Of a DNA stretch of 64,000 bases, positions 27,353-36,697 are shown piece after piece (position 1 is the stretch's first letter; each line of letters opens with the position of its first letter). The DNA comes from a bacterium (GTDB lineage: Bacteria > Bacteroidota > Ignavibacteria > Kapaibacteriales > Kapaibacteriaceae). Both the position numbers and the translations under genes were made by a program. Under the pieces are notes generated by a model. It saw nothing but the letters and a program-made list of their open reading frames with translations. It made no database searches and was not told the DNA's origin. The stretch is taken from positions 21,121 through 85,120 of the forward strand of contig DAITNB010000001.1 in the NCBI GenBank assembly GCA_036834845.1, written 5' to 3'.

Positions 27353-28138
27353 TTAGCGCAATTGGAAGCGGATAGGCACGCGTGCCCACACCCGAACGGG
27401 TTGACCGTTTTGTTGAGCAGGCGTAAACGTGGTTTCCTGTACGGCCTTCATGGCCGCGGCGTTAAGAATCTCGTTGTCCGTATCGAGAACTTGGATTTTT
27501 TCGATGCGACCATCTTTGCCGATGAGAACTCCAACAGTAACAATGCCTTCGATGCCGTTGCGGCGGGCCATGTCGGGGTACTTCACTCGCCGCGCGAGTG
27601 CAGCATCGTCATAGCCAATTTCTTTCTCAACGCTTACAAAGTCATCTGGATCGGGTTCTTCTTCGCGTGTGGCAATCACCACGTTGCCGCTACCAATATT
27701 GTCGGCAAATCCACCATTGTCTTCGCCATTTCCACCTGCGGCCGACGCACGATTAATCTCGTCTACGTTCGCAAAGTCCTTTGCATCGGGAGCAAGCTCG
27801 GCGTCGGGAATGGCTACTGGCGTACCGGCGCGGGCAGCTGGACCACTTGGCATACTTGCCGGAGCCATTGGTGGCGGTGGCGCTTCTTGATTTTGCGATT
27901 GTGGTGGTGGCAGATTGTCGAGTGTAACTCGAGAAACCTTCACCTTAACTACGTTTGGTGCGGGAAACAGCCATGCCTCAATGTAGGATCGAGTAAACGA
28001 AAACAGCGCTAAAAGCAGCAGAAGCGACATCGTGGCGAAAAACGCTGTCCGCGTGTTCTCCTCAATGACTCTTTTGATCTCGGACGCTCCGTAGCGGAGC
28101 GCCTCCATGGGCTGTTGAAGGGTGGCTGCAGTACTCAT
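27353..28138 (-). CDS. tonB: TonB-family energy transducer
   Basis: N-terminal TM helix, a Pro-rich spacer (LPPPQSQNQEAPPPPMAPASMPSGP) and a C-terminal TonB domain (..YPDMARRNGIEGIVTVGVLIGKDGRIEKIQVL..). Confidence 0.85.
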   Translation of the reverse strand: MSTAATLQQPMEALRYGASEIKRVIEENTRTAFFATMSLLLLLALFSFTRSYIEAWLFPAPNVVKVKVSRVTLDNLPPPQSQNQEAPPPPMAPASMPSGPAARAGTPVAIPDAELAPDAKDFANVDEINRASAAGGNGEDNGGFADNIGSGNVVIATREEEPDPDDFVSVEKEIGYDDAALARRVKYPDMARRNGIEGIVTVGVLIGKDGRIEKIQVLDTDNEILNAAAMKAVQETTFTPAQQNGQPVRVWARVPIRFQLR

Positions 28139-28140
28139 GG

Positions 28141-28686
28141 CTACTTAATCTCCTCTGCATCTTTGGGTTCGAACGGTGCAACGGTGAACTTCCGCTTCCG
28201 CTCGTTAATCCCACTCTTTTTCAAACCTTCAATAATTTCCGGTTCGGCTGCATTCAGCTCGTCGAGAACTTGAACTACTCTACCATACGGAGCGTTGCCG
28301 GAGGCCTTAAGCACTACGATACATCCATTCTTGAGTGCTACATTCTGATCAACAACAATTTTGCGTAGACCCGGAAGAGCGTTGATGCGCTCCGGAATAT
28401 CCTTGCCCATGTTGTAGAATATGGCACCGTCATCGCGCACACGAACCGTTAAGAGCTTCGACATTGGCACTTCTACAGGCACGTCGAGCTCGGGCGGTAC
28501 GTTCATCTCCATGGTTTGTGGAGTTATCATGGACGTAGTAAGCATGAAGAACGTAAGCAGAAGAAAGGTAATGTCTACCAACGGAGTCATATCCAATCGG
28601 AATCCGACTCGCTTTTTGGCTTTCCGCTTTCCGCCGCTACCGCGCCGTTGCTTCTGTCCGCCGCCTAATTCACCGCCACCTGCCAT
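28141..28686 (-). CDS. exbD: ExbD/TolR-family biopolymer transport protein
   Basis: ..RLDMTPLVDITFLLLTFFMLT.. is the ExbD TM signature, followed by a periplasmic domain. Confidence 0.85.
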   Translation of the reverse strand: MAGGGELGGGQKQRRGSGGKRKAKKRVGFRLDMTPLVDITFLLLTFFMLTTSMITPQTMEMNVPPELDVPVEVPMSKLLTVRVRDDGAIFYNMGKDIPERINALPGLRKIVVDQNVALKNGCIVVLKASGNAPYGRVVQVLDELNAAEPEIIEGLKKSGINERKRKFTVAPFEPKDAEEIK

Positions 28687-28734
28687 GTGGTCACCTGGGA
28701 TTTAAGAGTTGAGATGTTGAAAAGGCCGAATGAG

Positions 28735-29259
28735 TTACATTCCGCCCTTTTTCTCCGTAACAAAGTTGAATGTGGTAGCGAAGTTCTTTCGCATTTCGTT
28801 CATGGCTACCTCTACCCACTGATACCGTAGCCTGCTGTCTGCGTCTACCGCAAACGCTGCGCGTGGATTTACAATCCGACACTTGCCTACGATGGTTCCG
28901 AGCCACACACTATCGGTTACCTTGTACACTGTGGTGCGGTCATCGGCGCCGGGGTACTTTGCTTCAATCATTGCCTTGCGGAGTGCCAGGATGTCTTGCT
29001 CGTTGATCATCGACACGTAATACGCAGTGTCTTTGAGTACCGTATCAACGGCAATCTTGATCATTACGAGGTCTTTCTCCGGCAATTTGGCCGTATCGGC
29101 TTGCGTTTTTGGTCGCTTAATCTCGAACTTCTGTTGGTTCTCTGCTTCGCTTTTAAACTTCGCAGTGAACATGAAGAACGTGAGCAAAAGGAACGTGATA
29201 TCCACAAGTGGAGTCATGTCCAACACAAACCCAACGCGTTTCTTCTTGATCTTCGACAT
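28735..29259 (-). CDS. exbD: ExbD/TolR-family biopolymer transport protein (second copy)
   Basis: ..VLDMTPLVDITFLLLTFFMFT.. It is a paralogue of the downstream gene. Confidence 0.85.
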   Translation of the reverse strand: MSKIKKKRVGFVLDMTPLVDITFLLLTFFMFTAKFKSEAENQQKFEIKRPKTQADTAKLPEKDLVMIKIAVDTVLKDTAYYVSMINEQDILALRKAMIEAKYPGADDRTTVYKVTDSVWLGTIVGKCRIVNPRAAFAVDADSRLRYQWVEVAMNEMRKNFATTFNFVTEKKGGM

Positions 29260-29283
29260 GGTTATTCCCTACCGGTGAAACGA

Positions 29284-30078
29284 TCAAGCCTTGCCGCCAG
29301 TGCGAACGGATAGTGTTTCCATCAGGTCTAGGATGGCCTCGTCCATGCGGTAGGTAAAGTTGTCTACCTTCGTTGTGAAGAAGTTGAAAGCAAGAATCGA
29401 CAAAATGGCTGCAATGAGACCACCCGCGGTGTTGTACAATGCCTCGGAGATACCGATAGAGAGCTGCTGAGCCGAAACCGAACCTGCAGCACCAAGCGCT
29501 TGGAAGGCCCGAATCATACCAACGGTTGTTCCCAGCAGACCAATCATCGTAGACGTAGAGGCCACCGTGGACAGGACCACGAGATTCTTTTCAAGAAGCG
29601 GTGTTTCGAGATTCATGTTTTCGTCGATAACGCGCTGAGTTTCTTGCAGCTTTTGGTCCGCATTCAAGGTTGCATCGTTTTCAACCGTTCTAAAACGCTC
29701 TACGGCAGCGCGAAGCACATTTGCTAACGACCCTCGCTGGGCATCGCAAGCAGCAATGGCACCGCTGTAGTTGCCATTAGAAACTGCCGACACAACAGAT
29801 TGACCAAAGGTATGCATGTCTGCCTTACCTGATGCTTTGTTGATCGAGAGCATCCGCTCAACCGTAAAAGTTATGGCTACGAGAATACATGCAATGAGAA
29901 GGCCCACGAGTGGACCGCCTGTGTAGATCATGCCTAGGGCATTTTGTGGCAGGTGCATGTCCACGGCCCCTGTCTTCGGATCGGTGAAGTTTCCTTCAGC
30001 ACCGAGCACGAGATAAAAAACAGCATAGGCAGCAATCAGACAGGCCACGATATAAATCGTGTTCGTCAGGTTCTTCAT
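29284..30078 (-). CDS. exbB: MotA/TolQ/ExbB proton-channel protein
   Basis: 264 aa. The C-terminal blocks ..TSTMIGLLGTTVGMIRAF.. and ..GISEALYNTAGGLIAAI.. are the ExbB/TolQ signature helices. Confidence 0.9.
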   Translation of the reverse strand: MKNLTNTIYIVACLIAAYAVFYLVLGAEGNFTDPKTGAVDMHLPQNALGMIYTGGPLVGLLIACILVAITFTVERMLSINKASGKADMHTFGQSVVSAVSNGNYSGAIAACDAQRGSLANVLRAAVERFRTVENDATLNADQKLQETQRVIDENMNLETPLLEKNLVVLSTVASTSTMIGLLGTTVGMIRAFQALGAAGSVSAQQLSIGISEALYNTAGGLIAAILSILAFNFFTTKVDNFTYRMDEAILDLMETLSVRTGGKA

Positions 30079-30446
30079 AGTTCACCCTTCGTTGAATCTG
30101 AGATGGTATTGATCGTTTCGAAAACAAGGTCAAGTCTAGTTACGCGAAGTATCTCGGCAACTGTTGGAGGAACGTTGTGCAGTACAATCGTTCCGCCAGT
30201 GCGAGATATCGACGTATGTGCGGCAAGCAGTGCACCGATGAACGAGGAGTTCACGTAGGTAACCGCCGCCATATCCACAACAACTCGTCTGGATGCCTCT
30301 CCGCCGGCACTTTGAAGGGCTCGCTGGGCAGCTTCCGTTTCCTCACCACCGGTAAACTGACCAGATAAGGCAACGACGATGTCTTGGCCATCGTTGCGCT
30401 GCTCTATTTGTTCGTGTTCCGGCGCGTCCGAGAGTGTCGGGTTCAT
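30075..30446 (-). CDS. STAS-domain protein (anti-sigma-factor-antagonist / SpoIIAA-like)
   Basis: ..RRVVVDMAAVTYVNSSFIGALLAAHTSISRTGGTIVLHNVPPTVAEILRVTRLDLVF.. follows the STAS fold pattern. Its TGA overlaps the exbB ATG (ATGA at 30075-30078). Confidence 0.7.
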   Translation of the reverse strand: MNPTLSDAPEHEQIEQRNDGQDIVVALSGQFTGGEETEAAQRALQSAGGEASRRVVVDMAAVTYVNSSFIGALLAAHTSISRTGGTIVLHNVPPTVAEILRVTRLDLVFETINTISDSTKGEL

Positions 30447-30468
30447 GAGGCTTTTGTTGTGAGATCGT

Positions 30469-30476
30469 CGAAACTA
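30469..30476 (-). promoter_or_regulatory. Variant -7 box TAGTTTCG (context CGTAGTTTCG) upstream of the STAS-exbB operon
   Basis: 22 nt upstream of the ATG at 30446. An identical 10-mer, CGTAGTTTCG, also sits upstream of the Rieske gene at 43250-43259. Confidence 0.3.
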
Positions 30477-30517
30477 CGAAAAAAGTATGCTTCGTTCTTG
30501 GTGTATGACTGTGCTCA

Positions 30518-31435
30518 TTATGAGTTTGTAACACCTAAGTTCTCAACAATGGCTAATCGCGGAATTCCCGCCATGTCGTCCACAATGGAGCAGGAAAGCC
30601 CCCTATCACGAAGAATTTGGCCTACATCGTCTTTCTGACCATGCCCTATTTCGAGCAGGGCTACACCGCCGGGTGCCATAATGTCTGGAGCGATTTCGGC
30701 AAACCTGCGGTAGAAACGTAGTCCGTCTGCATTATCCGTTAATGCTGTGTGGGGCTCGTGCAAGCGCACTTCGGGCTGCAAGGTTTCTATCTCGTCCGGT
30801 GGGATATACGGCGGATTCATGGTAATGAGCTGAAATCTACCCATCGGCATTGTGTCGAGTATATCTAACACCTGCATCTCGAAGCGATCTTGTACGCTGT
30901 GTGCAACGGCGTTTCTATGGGCTACATCGAGTGCCTCATGAGACATGTCTATACCCAACCACCGGCTAGTACGCTCGTGCAGGCAGGCGGCAATAGGGAT
31001 GCAACCGCTGCCGGTTCCGATATCTAAACAAAGGGCGTTGGGATGATCTTTTAACCACCGAATTGCGCGCTCGGCCAAAAGTTCAGTTTCTGGACGTGGT
31101 ATGAGTACGTGGGGGTCTACTGCTACATCGAGTCCGTAGAAGTTCGCCTTGCCAAGTATGTATTGCAATGGCTCGTGTTCTGCTCTCCTGCGCACATACT
31201 CGCGCAGCCGCGACCGTTCCTCTGTTGTAAGGGGACGGTCGTGATCGGTGTAGAGATAGATGCGAGATACACCTAACACGTGGCATAACAACAACTCGAT
31301 TGTTAGCCGTGGCGAGTCTACGTCATGGTCCTGGAAGAACTTTGTTGTCCACTGAACTACTTCCAGGATTGTCCATATTTTTTCCTCGTCAGGATTTTTC
31401 CTGCGCATAATGATCTTGGAGTGACGTAGCGGCAA
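30518..31435 (-). CDS. prmC: Release-factor glutamine N5-methyltransferase PrmC (HemK)
   Basis: ..[13 protein letters not shown].. (SAM motif) and ..ITMNPPYIP.. (NPPY). The start is either 31435 or MRRKNP at 31408, and both overlap the carB 3' end. Confidence 0.85.
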   Translation of the reverse strand: MPLRHSKIIMRRKNPDEEKIWTILEVVQWTTKFFQDHDVDSPRLTIELLLCHVLGVSRIYLYTDHDRPLTTEERSRLREYVRRRAEHEPLQYILGKANFYGLDVAVDPHVLIPRPETELLAERAIRWLKDHPNALCLDIGTGSGCIPIAACLHERTSRWLGIDMSHEALDVAHRNAVAHSVQDRFEMQVLDILDTMPMGRFQLITMNPPYIPPDEIETLQPEVRLHEPHTALTDNADGLRFYRRFAEIAPDIMAPGGVALLEIGHGQKDDVGQILRDRGLSCSIVDDMAGIPRLAIVENLGVTNS

Positions 31436-34400
31436 GCGATTCCGTGCGCAGCGTGGCTACGCCATGAAGCGAGGCCTCGGCCGCTGCCAGCGTGGTGAAG
31501 AATGGAACCTTATACTTCATTGCCGTTCTTCCCATCACGGCTTCATCAAATCGTGCACTCTCACCAAGGGGCGTGTTAATCACAATCTGCACCTCGCCGT
31601 TGGCAATCTTGTCTATAATACTTGGTCTGCCTTCATAGTGCTTTAGCACCGTTGTGGCCTCGATGTTATGTTCACCGAGGAATGCGGCAGTGCCCTTGGT
31701 GGCTAAAATTCCAAATCCAAGATCGCGATATCCCCGCGCCATTGCAATGGCACGCGATGTTTTTTCGTGTGTGCTAAGGGAGATAAATACATTTCCGGCA
31801 AGGGGCAATGTGTTGCCGGAAGAAATGTGGCTCTTAACGATTGCTCGTCCGAAGCTACTATCCATGCCCATTACTTCGCCGGTAGAACGCATTTCGGGAC
31901 CGAGGAACACGCTGGCGTGCGGGAACTTTGCGAATGGAAACACCGACTCCTTAATCGCCGTGCGAGTCATTCTGGGGTTGAACTCGGGCACGTTCATATC
32001 TACAAGTTTTTCGCCCACCATTACCCGCGTTGCGATTTGTGCCAACTGAACGCCGGTTGCCTTACTCACAAACGGAACAGTGCGCGATGCGCGTGGGTTT
32101 ACTTCGAGAATGTATACAACATTGTTCTGCACGGCAAACTGAATGTTGAGAAGGCCTACAACGTGCAGCTCACGGGCGAGTTGTTTTGCGTACACCTTCA
32201 TTGCATCAAGAATGTCGGTACCAACACTGTAGGGCGGCAGTACGCAGGACGAATCACCAGAGTGAACACCAGCCTCTTCGATGTGTTGCATAATGCCCCC
32301 TATCACGGCGGTCTCGCCATCACTTACGGCATCCACATCAAATTCTAGAGCATTCTCCAAGAAGTGGTCGATAAGCACTGGTCTTGTTGGATCCTGTGCG
32401 ATAGCCGTGCGCATATAGGCGCGCAGCGACTCTTCGCGGTAACATATCTGCATGGCACGTCCGCCAAGCACATACGATGGGCGCACGAGGACGGGATATC
32501 CAATTTTGTCGGCTATTGCAACGGCGTCATCTTCGGTAACGCTTGTGCCCCATGGAGGACATGGTATGCCTAGGCGGTCTAACAAGTCGCCAAATCTGCG
32601 ACGATCTTCGGCAAGATCGATTCCCTCGGGTGATGTACCGATAAGGGGCACGCCTGCTTCGTAGAGTCGCTGTGCAAGCTTCAGTGGTGTCTGCCCACCA
32701 AAGGTTACCACAACACCGTCTGGACGCTCTAACTCGATTACGTTCATTACGTCTTCGAACGTAAGTGGCTCGAAGTAGAGTTTGCTAGTTGTGTCGTAAT
32801 CGGTGGAAACGGTTTCGGGATTACAGTTCACCATGATGGCTTCGTAACCCAATGCCTTTAGAGCGAACACACCCTGCACACAGCAATAGTCGAACTCGAT
32901 ACCCTGACCGATGCGATTGGGTCCACTTCCAAGGATGATGACCTTTTTAGCGGACGACGCTATGGCCTCGTTTTCGGAGTCGTAACACGAATAGTGGTAT
33001 GGCGTTTCCGACTCAAATTCAGCAGCACAGGTATCTACCGTTTTGTACACAGGCACAACGCCCAGGTCTGTTCGACGTCTGCGCACCGCAGCTTCGCTGG
33101 CACGCATCGCGATGGCGATCTGATAATCGGAGAAACCGTACTTCTTTAAACGTCGCATCCGAGCAGCACTTAGCGCAGACAGCGTAAGCCCACCCTCAAC
33201 GTCGCGGATTAACTCGATTGCCTCGTCTACGATTTGTTTGCACTGCACAATGAACCACGGATCGTACTTCGTTATGCGATGAATTTCGTCTACCGACATT
33301 CCGGAGCGGAGCGCATCACAGAGATGAAAGATCGAGTTCGATGTACGCGCGAGAAGTTTTGTGCGCAGTGGTGCCAGATCCGACTCAGGCGGAGGATCGA
33401 TGTTTAAGTACTCTGCGCTATCGAATCCAAAGCCCATTCGCTTCTGCTCCAGAGAGCGAAGTGCCTTTTGAAATGCCTCTTTAAAGTTGCGTCCAAAGGC
33501 CATGGCCTCACCAACGCTCTTCATCTGCACGCCAAGCGAATTATCGGCCTCGTGGAATTTCTCGAAGTCCCACCGAGGAATCTTTACCACAACGTAGTCG
33601 ATCGACGGCTCGAAGCACGCCGGTGTTTTTTTCGTGATGTCATTAACAATTTCGTCCAGCGTATATCCAACAGCAAGCTTTGCCGCCATCTTCGCTATTG
33701 GGAAACCTGTTGCTTTCGAAGCCAAGGCCGAGCTTCTCGATACACGTGGGTTCATTTCAATCACCACCATCCGTCCGTCTGCGGGGTTCACGGCAAACTG
33801 AATGTTGGAACCACCGGTTTCTACTCCAATCTCTCGGATGATTTTCAGAGAGGCATCGCGCATGCGCTGGTACTCTCGGTCGGTTAGCGTCTGTGCCGGA
33901 GCTACGGTTATTGAGTCGCCGGTGTGCACACCCATGGGATCTACATTCTCGATGGAACAGATGATCACCACATTGTCCTTGCGGTCTCGCATCACCTCGA
34001 GTTCGTACTCTTTCCATCCAATAATGCTCTCTTCAACGAGAACACGCTGGATTGGGCTGGCAACGAGTCCGTTGCGGAGCATGTCGCGGAACTCTTCAGC
34101 GTTGTACGCAATACCGCCGCCTGTTCCGCCAAGCGTAAAAGACGGACGGATGATGGCGGGGAATCCAATCGAGTCGATCATCGCCATGCCTTCTTCGAAC
34201 TCGTGCACAAAGCCCCCTCGTGGCATCTCCATGCCAATCTTCTTCATGGCGGCAAGGAACAGCTCGCGGTCTTCGGCTTTGTGAATCGATTCTATCTGAG
34301 AACCAATGAGTTCGATCCCATACTTCACTAGGATGCCGGCTTCGTGCAAACCAACGGCGGCGTTAAGAGCAACCTGACCACCCATTGTGGGAAGTATGGC

Positions 34401-34652
34401 ATCTGGACGTTCTTTCTTGATAACCTCTTCGATGAACTGCGTTGTAATGGGCTCTACGTACGTTGCATCTGCAACATCCGGATCGGTCATAATTGTGGCC
34501 GGATTCGAGTTGATGAGCACCACGCGGTATCCTTCTTCGCGCAGAACTTTGCAGGCCTGCGTTCCCGAGTAGTCGAACTCGCACGCCTGACCAATTACAA
34601 TTGGACCCGATCCGATAACGAGAATGGTAGAGATGTCTGTACGTTTTGGCAT
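31389..34652 (-). CDS. carB: Carbamoyl-phosphate synthase large subunit
   Basis: 1087 aa. [33 protein letters not shown].., duplicated ATP-grasp halves and a C-terminal MGS-like domain. No carA is adjacent. Confidence 0.97.
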   Translation of the reverse strand: MPKRTDISTILVIGSGPIVIGQACEFDYSGTQACKVLREEGYRVVLINSNPATIMTDPDVADATYVEPITTQFIEEVIKKERPDAILPTMGGQVALNAAVGLHEAGILVKYGIELIGSQIESIHKAEDRELFLAAMKKIGMEMPRGGFVHEFEEGMAMIDSIGFPAIIRPSFTLGGTGGGIAYNAEEFRDMLRNGLVASPIQRVLVEESIIGWKEYELEVMRDRKDNVVIICSIENVDPMGVHTGDSITVAPAQTLTDREYQRMRDASLKIIREIGVETGGSNIQFAVNPADGRMVVIEMNPRVSRSSALASKATGFPIAKMAAKLAVGYTLDEIVNDITKKTPACFEPSIDYVVVKIPRWDFEKFHEADNSLGVQMKSVGEAMAFGRNFKEAFQKALRSLEQKRMGFGFDSAEYLNIDPPPESDLAPLRTKLLARTSNSIFHLCDALRSGMSVDEIHRITKYDPWFIVQCKQIVDEAIELIRDVEGGLTLSALSAARMRRLKKYGFSDYQIAIAMRASEAAVRRRRTDLGVVPVYKTVDTCAAEFESETPYHYSCYDSENEAIASSAKKVIILGSGPNRIGQGIEFDYCCVQGVFALKALGYEAIMVNCNPETVSTDYDTTSKLYFEPLTFEDVMNVIELERPDGVVVTFGGQTPLKLAQRLYEAGVPLIGTSPEGIDLAEDRRRFGDLLDRLGIPCPPWGTSVTEDDAVAIADKIGYPVLVRPSYVLGGRAMQICYREESLRAYMRTAIAQDPTRPVLIDHFLENALEFDVDAVSDGETAVIGGIMQHIEEAGVHSGDSSCVLPPYSVGTDILDAMKVYAKQLARELHVVGLLNIQFAVQNNVVYILEVNPRASRTVPFVSKATGVQLAQIATRVMVGEKLVDMNVPEFNPRMTRTAIKESVFPFAKFPHASVFLGPEMRSTGEVMGMDSSFGRAIVKSHISSGNTLPLAGNVFISLSTHEKTSRAIAMARGYRDLGFGILATKGTAAFLGEHNIEATTVLKHYEGRPSIIDKIANGEVQIVINTPLGESARFDEAVMGRTAMKYKVPFFTTLAAAEASLHGVATLRTESLAATSLQDHYAQEKS

Positions 34653-34682
34653 GAGTGTTTTCTAGGGGGCTTGTGTGGATTT

Positions 34683-35591
34683 TCAGGAATGAAGGATAGA
34701 CCGCAGGATTGCCATGCGCACGGCAACACCGTGCGTTACCTGACGGTGAATAAGAGTTGAAGGCATCGAGAGAACGGCTTCATCAATTTCTACACCTACG
34801 TTAACCGGACCCGGATGCATGATGGCTACGGCTGGAAACGCCACAGCACGTTCCGTTGTTAAGGCATAGCGTTCTCGGTACCGCATTGTGCCAAGTTCAA
34901 CACTGTTGTCCATCCTCTCGTGTTGAATGCGAAGCAGGTACACTGCGTTGGCCCAGTTCAGACATTCATCAATGGATTCGAAACGAGGAAGGGCAGCCAG
35001 CTCCGTGTCCGTAGGACTCAGTTCGTTCGGCGCACACCACGCAATGAGGGCTCCCAAACGCTGCAACACGTCTGCGGTGGATCGTGCAACGCGAGAATGA
35101 GCTAAATCTCCCACAATGGCAACGCGCACACCTTCTACAGTGCCGAAACGTTCGCGCATTGCGCTTGCGTCCAGCAATGCCTGAGAGGGATGTTGATGCG
35201 AGCCCTCGCCGGCGTTAATTACAGACATTGTGGCGTATGAGGCGATTTCCGACATCACACCATTCCGGCCATGACGAATAATCAGGGCATCGAAGCCCAT
35301 TGCCTGGATTGTTTCGATTGTTTCGCGGAGAGTTTCGCCCTTTTCTACGCTACTACCCTGCGTCTGAAAAAAGATCGACGAGGCCCCCAAGCGCTCGGCT
35401 GCCGATTCGAAACTCAGGCGCGTGCGCGTAGACGGTTCAAAGAATGCAAGAACAATTCTCTTTCCCGTGCACTCTCGAAACACTGTGGGTGCAATTCCCT
35501 GTGGGGTAAGAACGGCGGCGGCATCGTCGAGAATTTGTGTGATGTCCCCGACGGACAGTTGATGTGTTGAAACAAGGTGGTGCAGCGCCAT
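34683..35591 (-). CDS. pyrB: Aspartate carbamoyltransferase catalytic subunit
   Basis: ..FEPSTRTRLSFE.. (carbamoyl-phosphate site), ..HQHPSQALLD.. and ..MHPGPVN.. motifs. Confidence 0.93.
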   Translation of the reverse strand: MALHHLVSTHQLSVGDITQILDDAAAVLTPQGIAPTVFRECTGKRIVLAFFEPSTRTRLSFESAAERLGASSIFFQTQGSSVEKGETLRETIETIQAMGFDALIIRHGRNGVMSEIASYATMSVINAGEGSHQHPSQALLDASAMRERFGTVEGVRVAIVGDLAHSRVARSTADVLQRLGALIAWCAPNELSPTDTELAALPRFESIDECLNWANAVYLLRIQHERMDNSVELGTMRYRERYALTTERAVAFPAVAIMHPGPVNVGVEIDEAVLSMPSTLIHRQVTHGVAVRMAILRSILHS

Positions 35592-35596
35592 CAGAG

Positions 35597-35604
35597 CAAA
35601 AATA
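35597..35604 (-). promoter_or_regulatory. -7 box TATTTTTG only 5 nt upstream of the pyrB ATG (predicted leaderless or very short-leader transcript)
   Basis: Perfect TAnnTTTG on the minus strand, immediately after the hup terminator T-tract. The spacer to the ATG is CTCTG. Confidence 0.3.
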
Positions 35605-35608
35605 GGGC

Positions 35609-35637
35609 AAAAAAAAGGCCCGCCGTTGGGGCGGGCC
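35609..35637 (-). terminator. Rho-independent terminator downstream of hup
   Basis: The minus strand reads GGCCCGCC-CCAAC-GGCGGGCC followed by TTTTTTTT. This is an 8-bp all-GC stem, a 5-nt loop and a T8 tract. It begins 16 nt after the hup stop. Confidence 0.85.
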
Positions 35638-35653
35638 GAACGCTAGAAGTTCA

Positions 35654-36007
35654 TCACTTCTTCTTCTTTGCTGCTGCCTTCTTCGGAGCGGCCTTCTTAG
35701 GAGCTGCTTTCTTTGCTCCACCGGCCTTCTTATCTCCATTCACGATCGCTTTGAGATCGGAACCTGCGGAGAACTTTGGAACCTTGCGTGCAGCGATTTT
35801 CAACGTTGCACCTGTCTGCGGGTTACGACCCGTACGTGCACCACGCTTGCTGGTGCTGAATGTGCCAAACCCGATAAGCGACACACTGCCGCCCTTGCCG
35901 AGTTCAGACTTGATGGCGCCGATGGCGGCGCTCAACGCAGTATCAGCTTGAGACTTGCTGAGTCCTGCAGAGTTGGCAATTGCTTCGATAAGCTCTGCCT
36001 TGTTCAT
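35654..36007 (-). CDS. hup: HU-family DNA-binding protein with Lys/Ala/Pro-rich C-terminal tail
   Basis: MNKAELIEAIA..GFGTFSTSKRGARTGRNPQTGATLKIAARKVPKFSAG.. is a canonical HU core (about 90 aa). It is followed by DKKAGGAKKAAPKKAAPKKAAAKKKK. Confidence 0.93.
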   Translation of the reverse strand: MNKAELIEAIANSAGLSKSQADTALSAAIGAIKSELGKGGSVSLIGFGTFSTSKRGARTGRNPQTGATLKIAARKVPKFSAGSDLKAIVNGDKKAGGAKKAAPKKAAPKKAAAKKKK

Positions 36008-36049
36008 GGATGCCCCACAAAAAACTGTTGGTGAAAACCAATTGCACAG

Positions 36050-36081
36050 CGAAGATATCCCCTGTTTGCGCGGGTTTTCAA
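36050..36081 (-). promoter_or_regulatory. Candidate hup promoter (TTGAAA ... 18 nt ... TATCTTCG)
   Basis: On the minus strand there is TTGAAA at 36081-36076 and TATCTTCG at 36057-36050, 42 nt upstream of the hup ATG. Confidence 0.3.
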
Positions 36082-36172
36082 GGATGATTTATCCACAACG
36101 ACCGATTTTATTGGGGTTTTGGGGCAAGCCCCCTGCCAAACCCGCGATTCTACGCGGTTCTTCGGAGGGTGT

Positions 36173-36697
36173 TCACCACCCAATCTGTGGGGGAACGGCA
36201 ATGCCAAGAACCATGAGCGCCGTGGCAATAAGTTGTACCGCAATGCCCGTGAACAGCGCGGCTACAACATCGTCTGCAAGCACTGCCCATGCTTCGGTTC
36301 GGTTGTTAATTACGCTTATTGGCCAAGGTTTGCGCACGTCGAAGAGGCGAAACAAAAACAGAGATGTGCACCACATTACCCAGCCCGAAGACGCAGCGGG
36401 AAAAAGAAACACGATGCTCATGCCAATTGCTTCGTCGATAACCACAACACTGGGATCGCTTCCCCACTCTTTCTGAATTCTGGGTACACTCCAAAATCCC
36501 GCAACACAGAACAGCACTGCAGCAATGGCATAGGCCAACTGAAGTTGCTCTAGGGTGCTTACAACAAAAAGTGCGGGTAGCGCAACCACGATGCTACACC
36601 ACGAACCGGGCATAATGGGTAGCAATCCAATGCCGCCTGTGGTTGCCAGCACTTCTGCGAGATTGCGAATGGGTGGACGTTTAATGTAATCAGCCAC
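36173..36697 (-). CDS. pgpA: Phosphatidylglycerophosphatase A
   Basis: ..TTGGIGLLPIMPGSWCS.., ..DPSVVVIDEAIGM.. and ..LFRLFDVRKPWPI.. are PgpA-family blocks. Confidence 0.85.
   Translation of the reverse strand: MADYIKRPPIRNLAEVLATTGGIGLLPIMPGSWCSIVVALPALFVVSTLEQLQLAYAIAAVLFCVAGFWSVPRIQKEWGSDPSVVVIDEAIGMSIVFLFPAASSGWVMWCTSLFLFRLFDVRKPWPISVINNRTEAWAVLADDVVAALFTGIAVQLIATALMVLGIAVPPQIGW

Noticed and set aside
35657-35730. A short imperfect tandem DNA repeat (gccttctt / ggagc units)
   Set aside because: It is fully explained as the coding sequence of the AAPKK-type repeat in the HU tail. It is not an independent repeat element.
36121-36132. The GGGGCAAGCCCC hairpin 40 nt downstream of pgpA as a terminator
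   Set aside because: On the transcribed (minus) strand it is followed by AAAACCCC rather than a U-tract, and the stem is only 5 bp. It is not a convincing intrinsic terminator.
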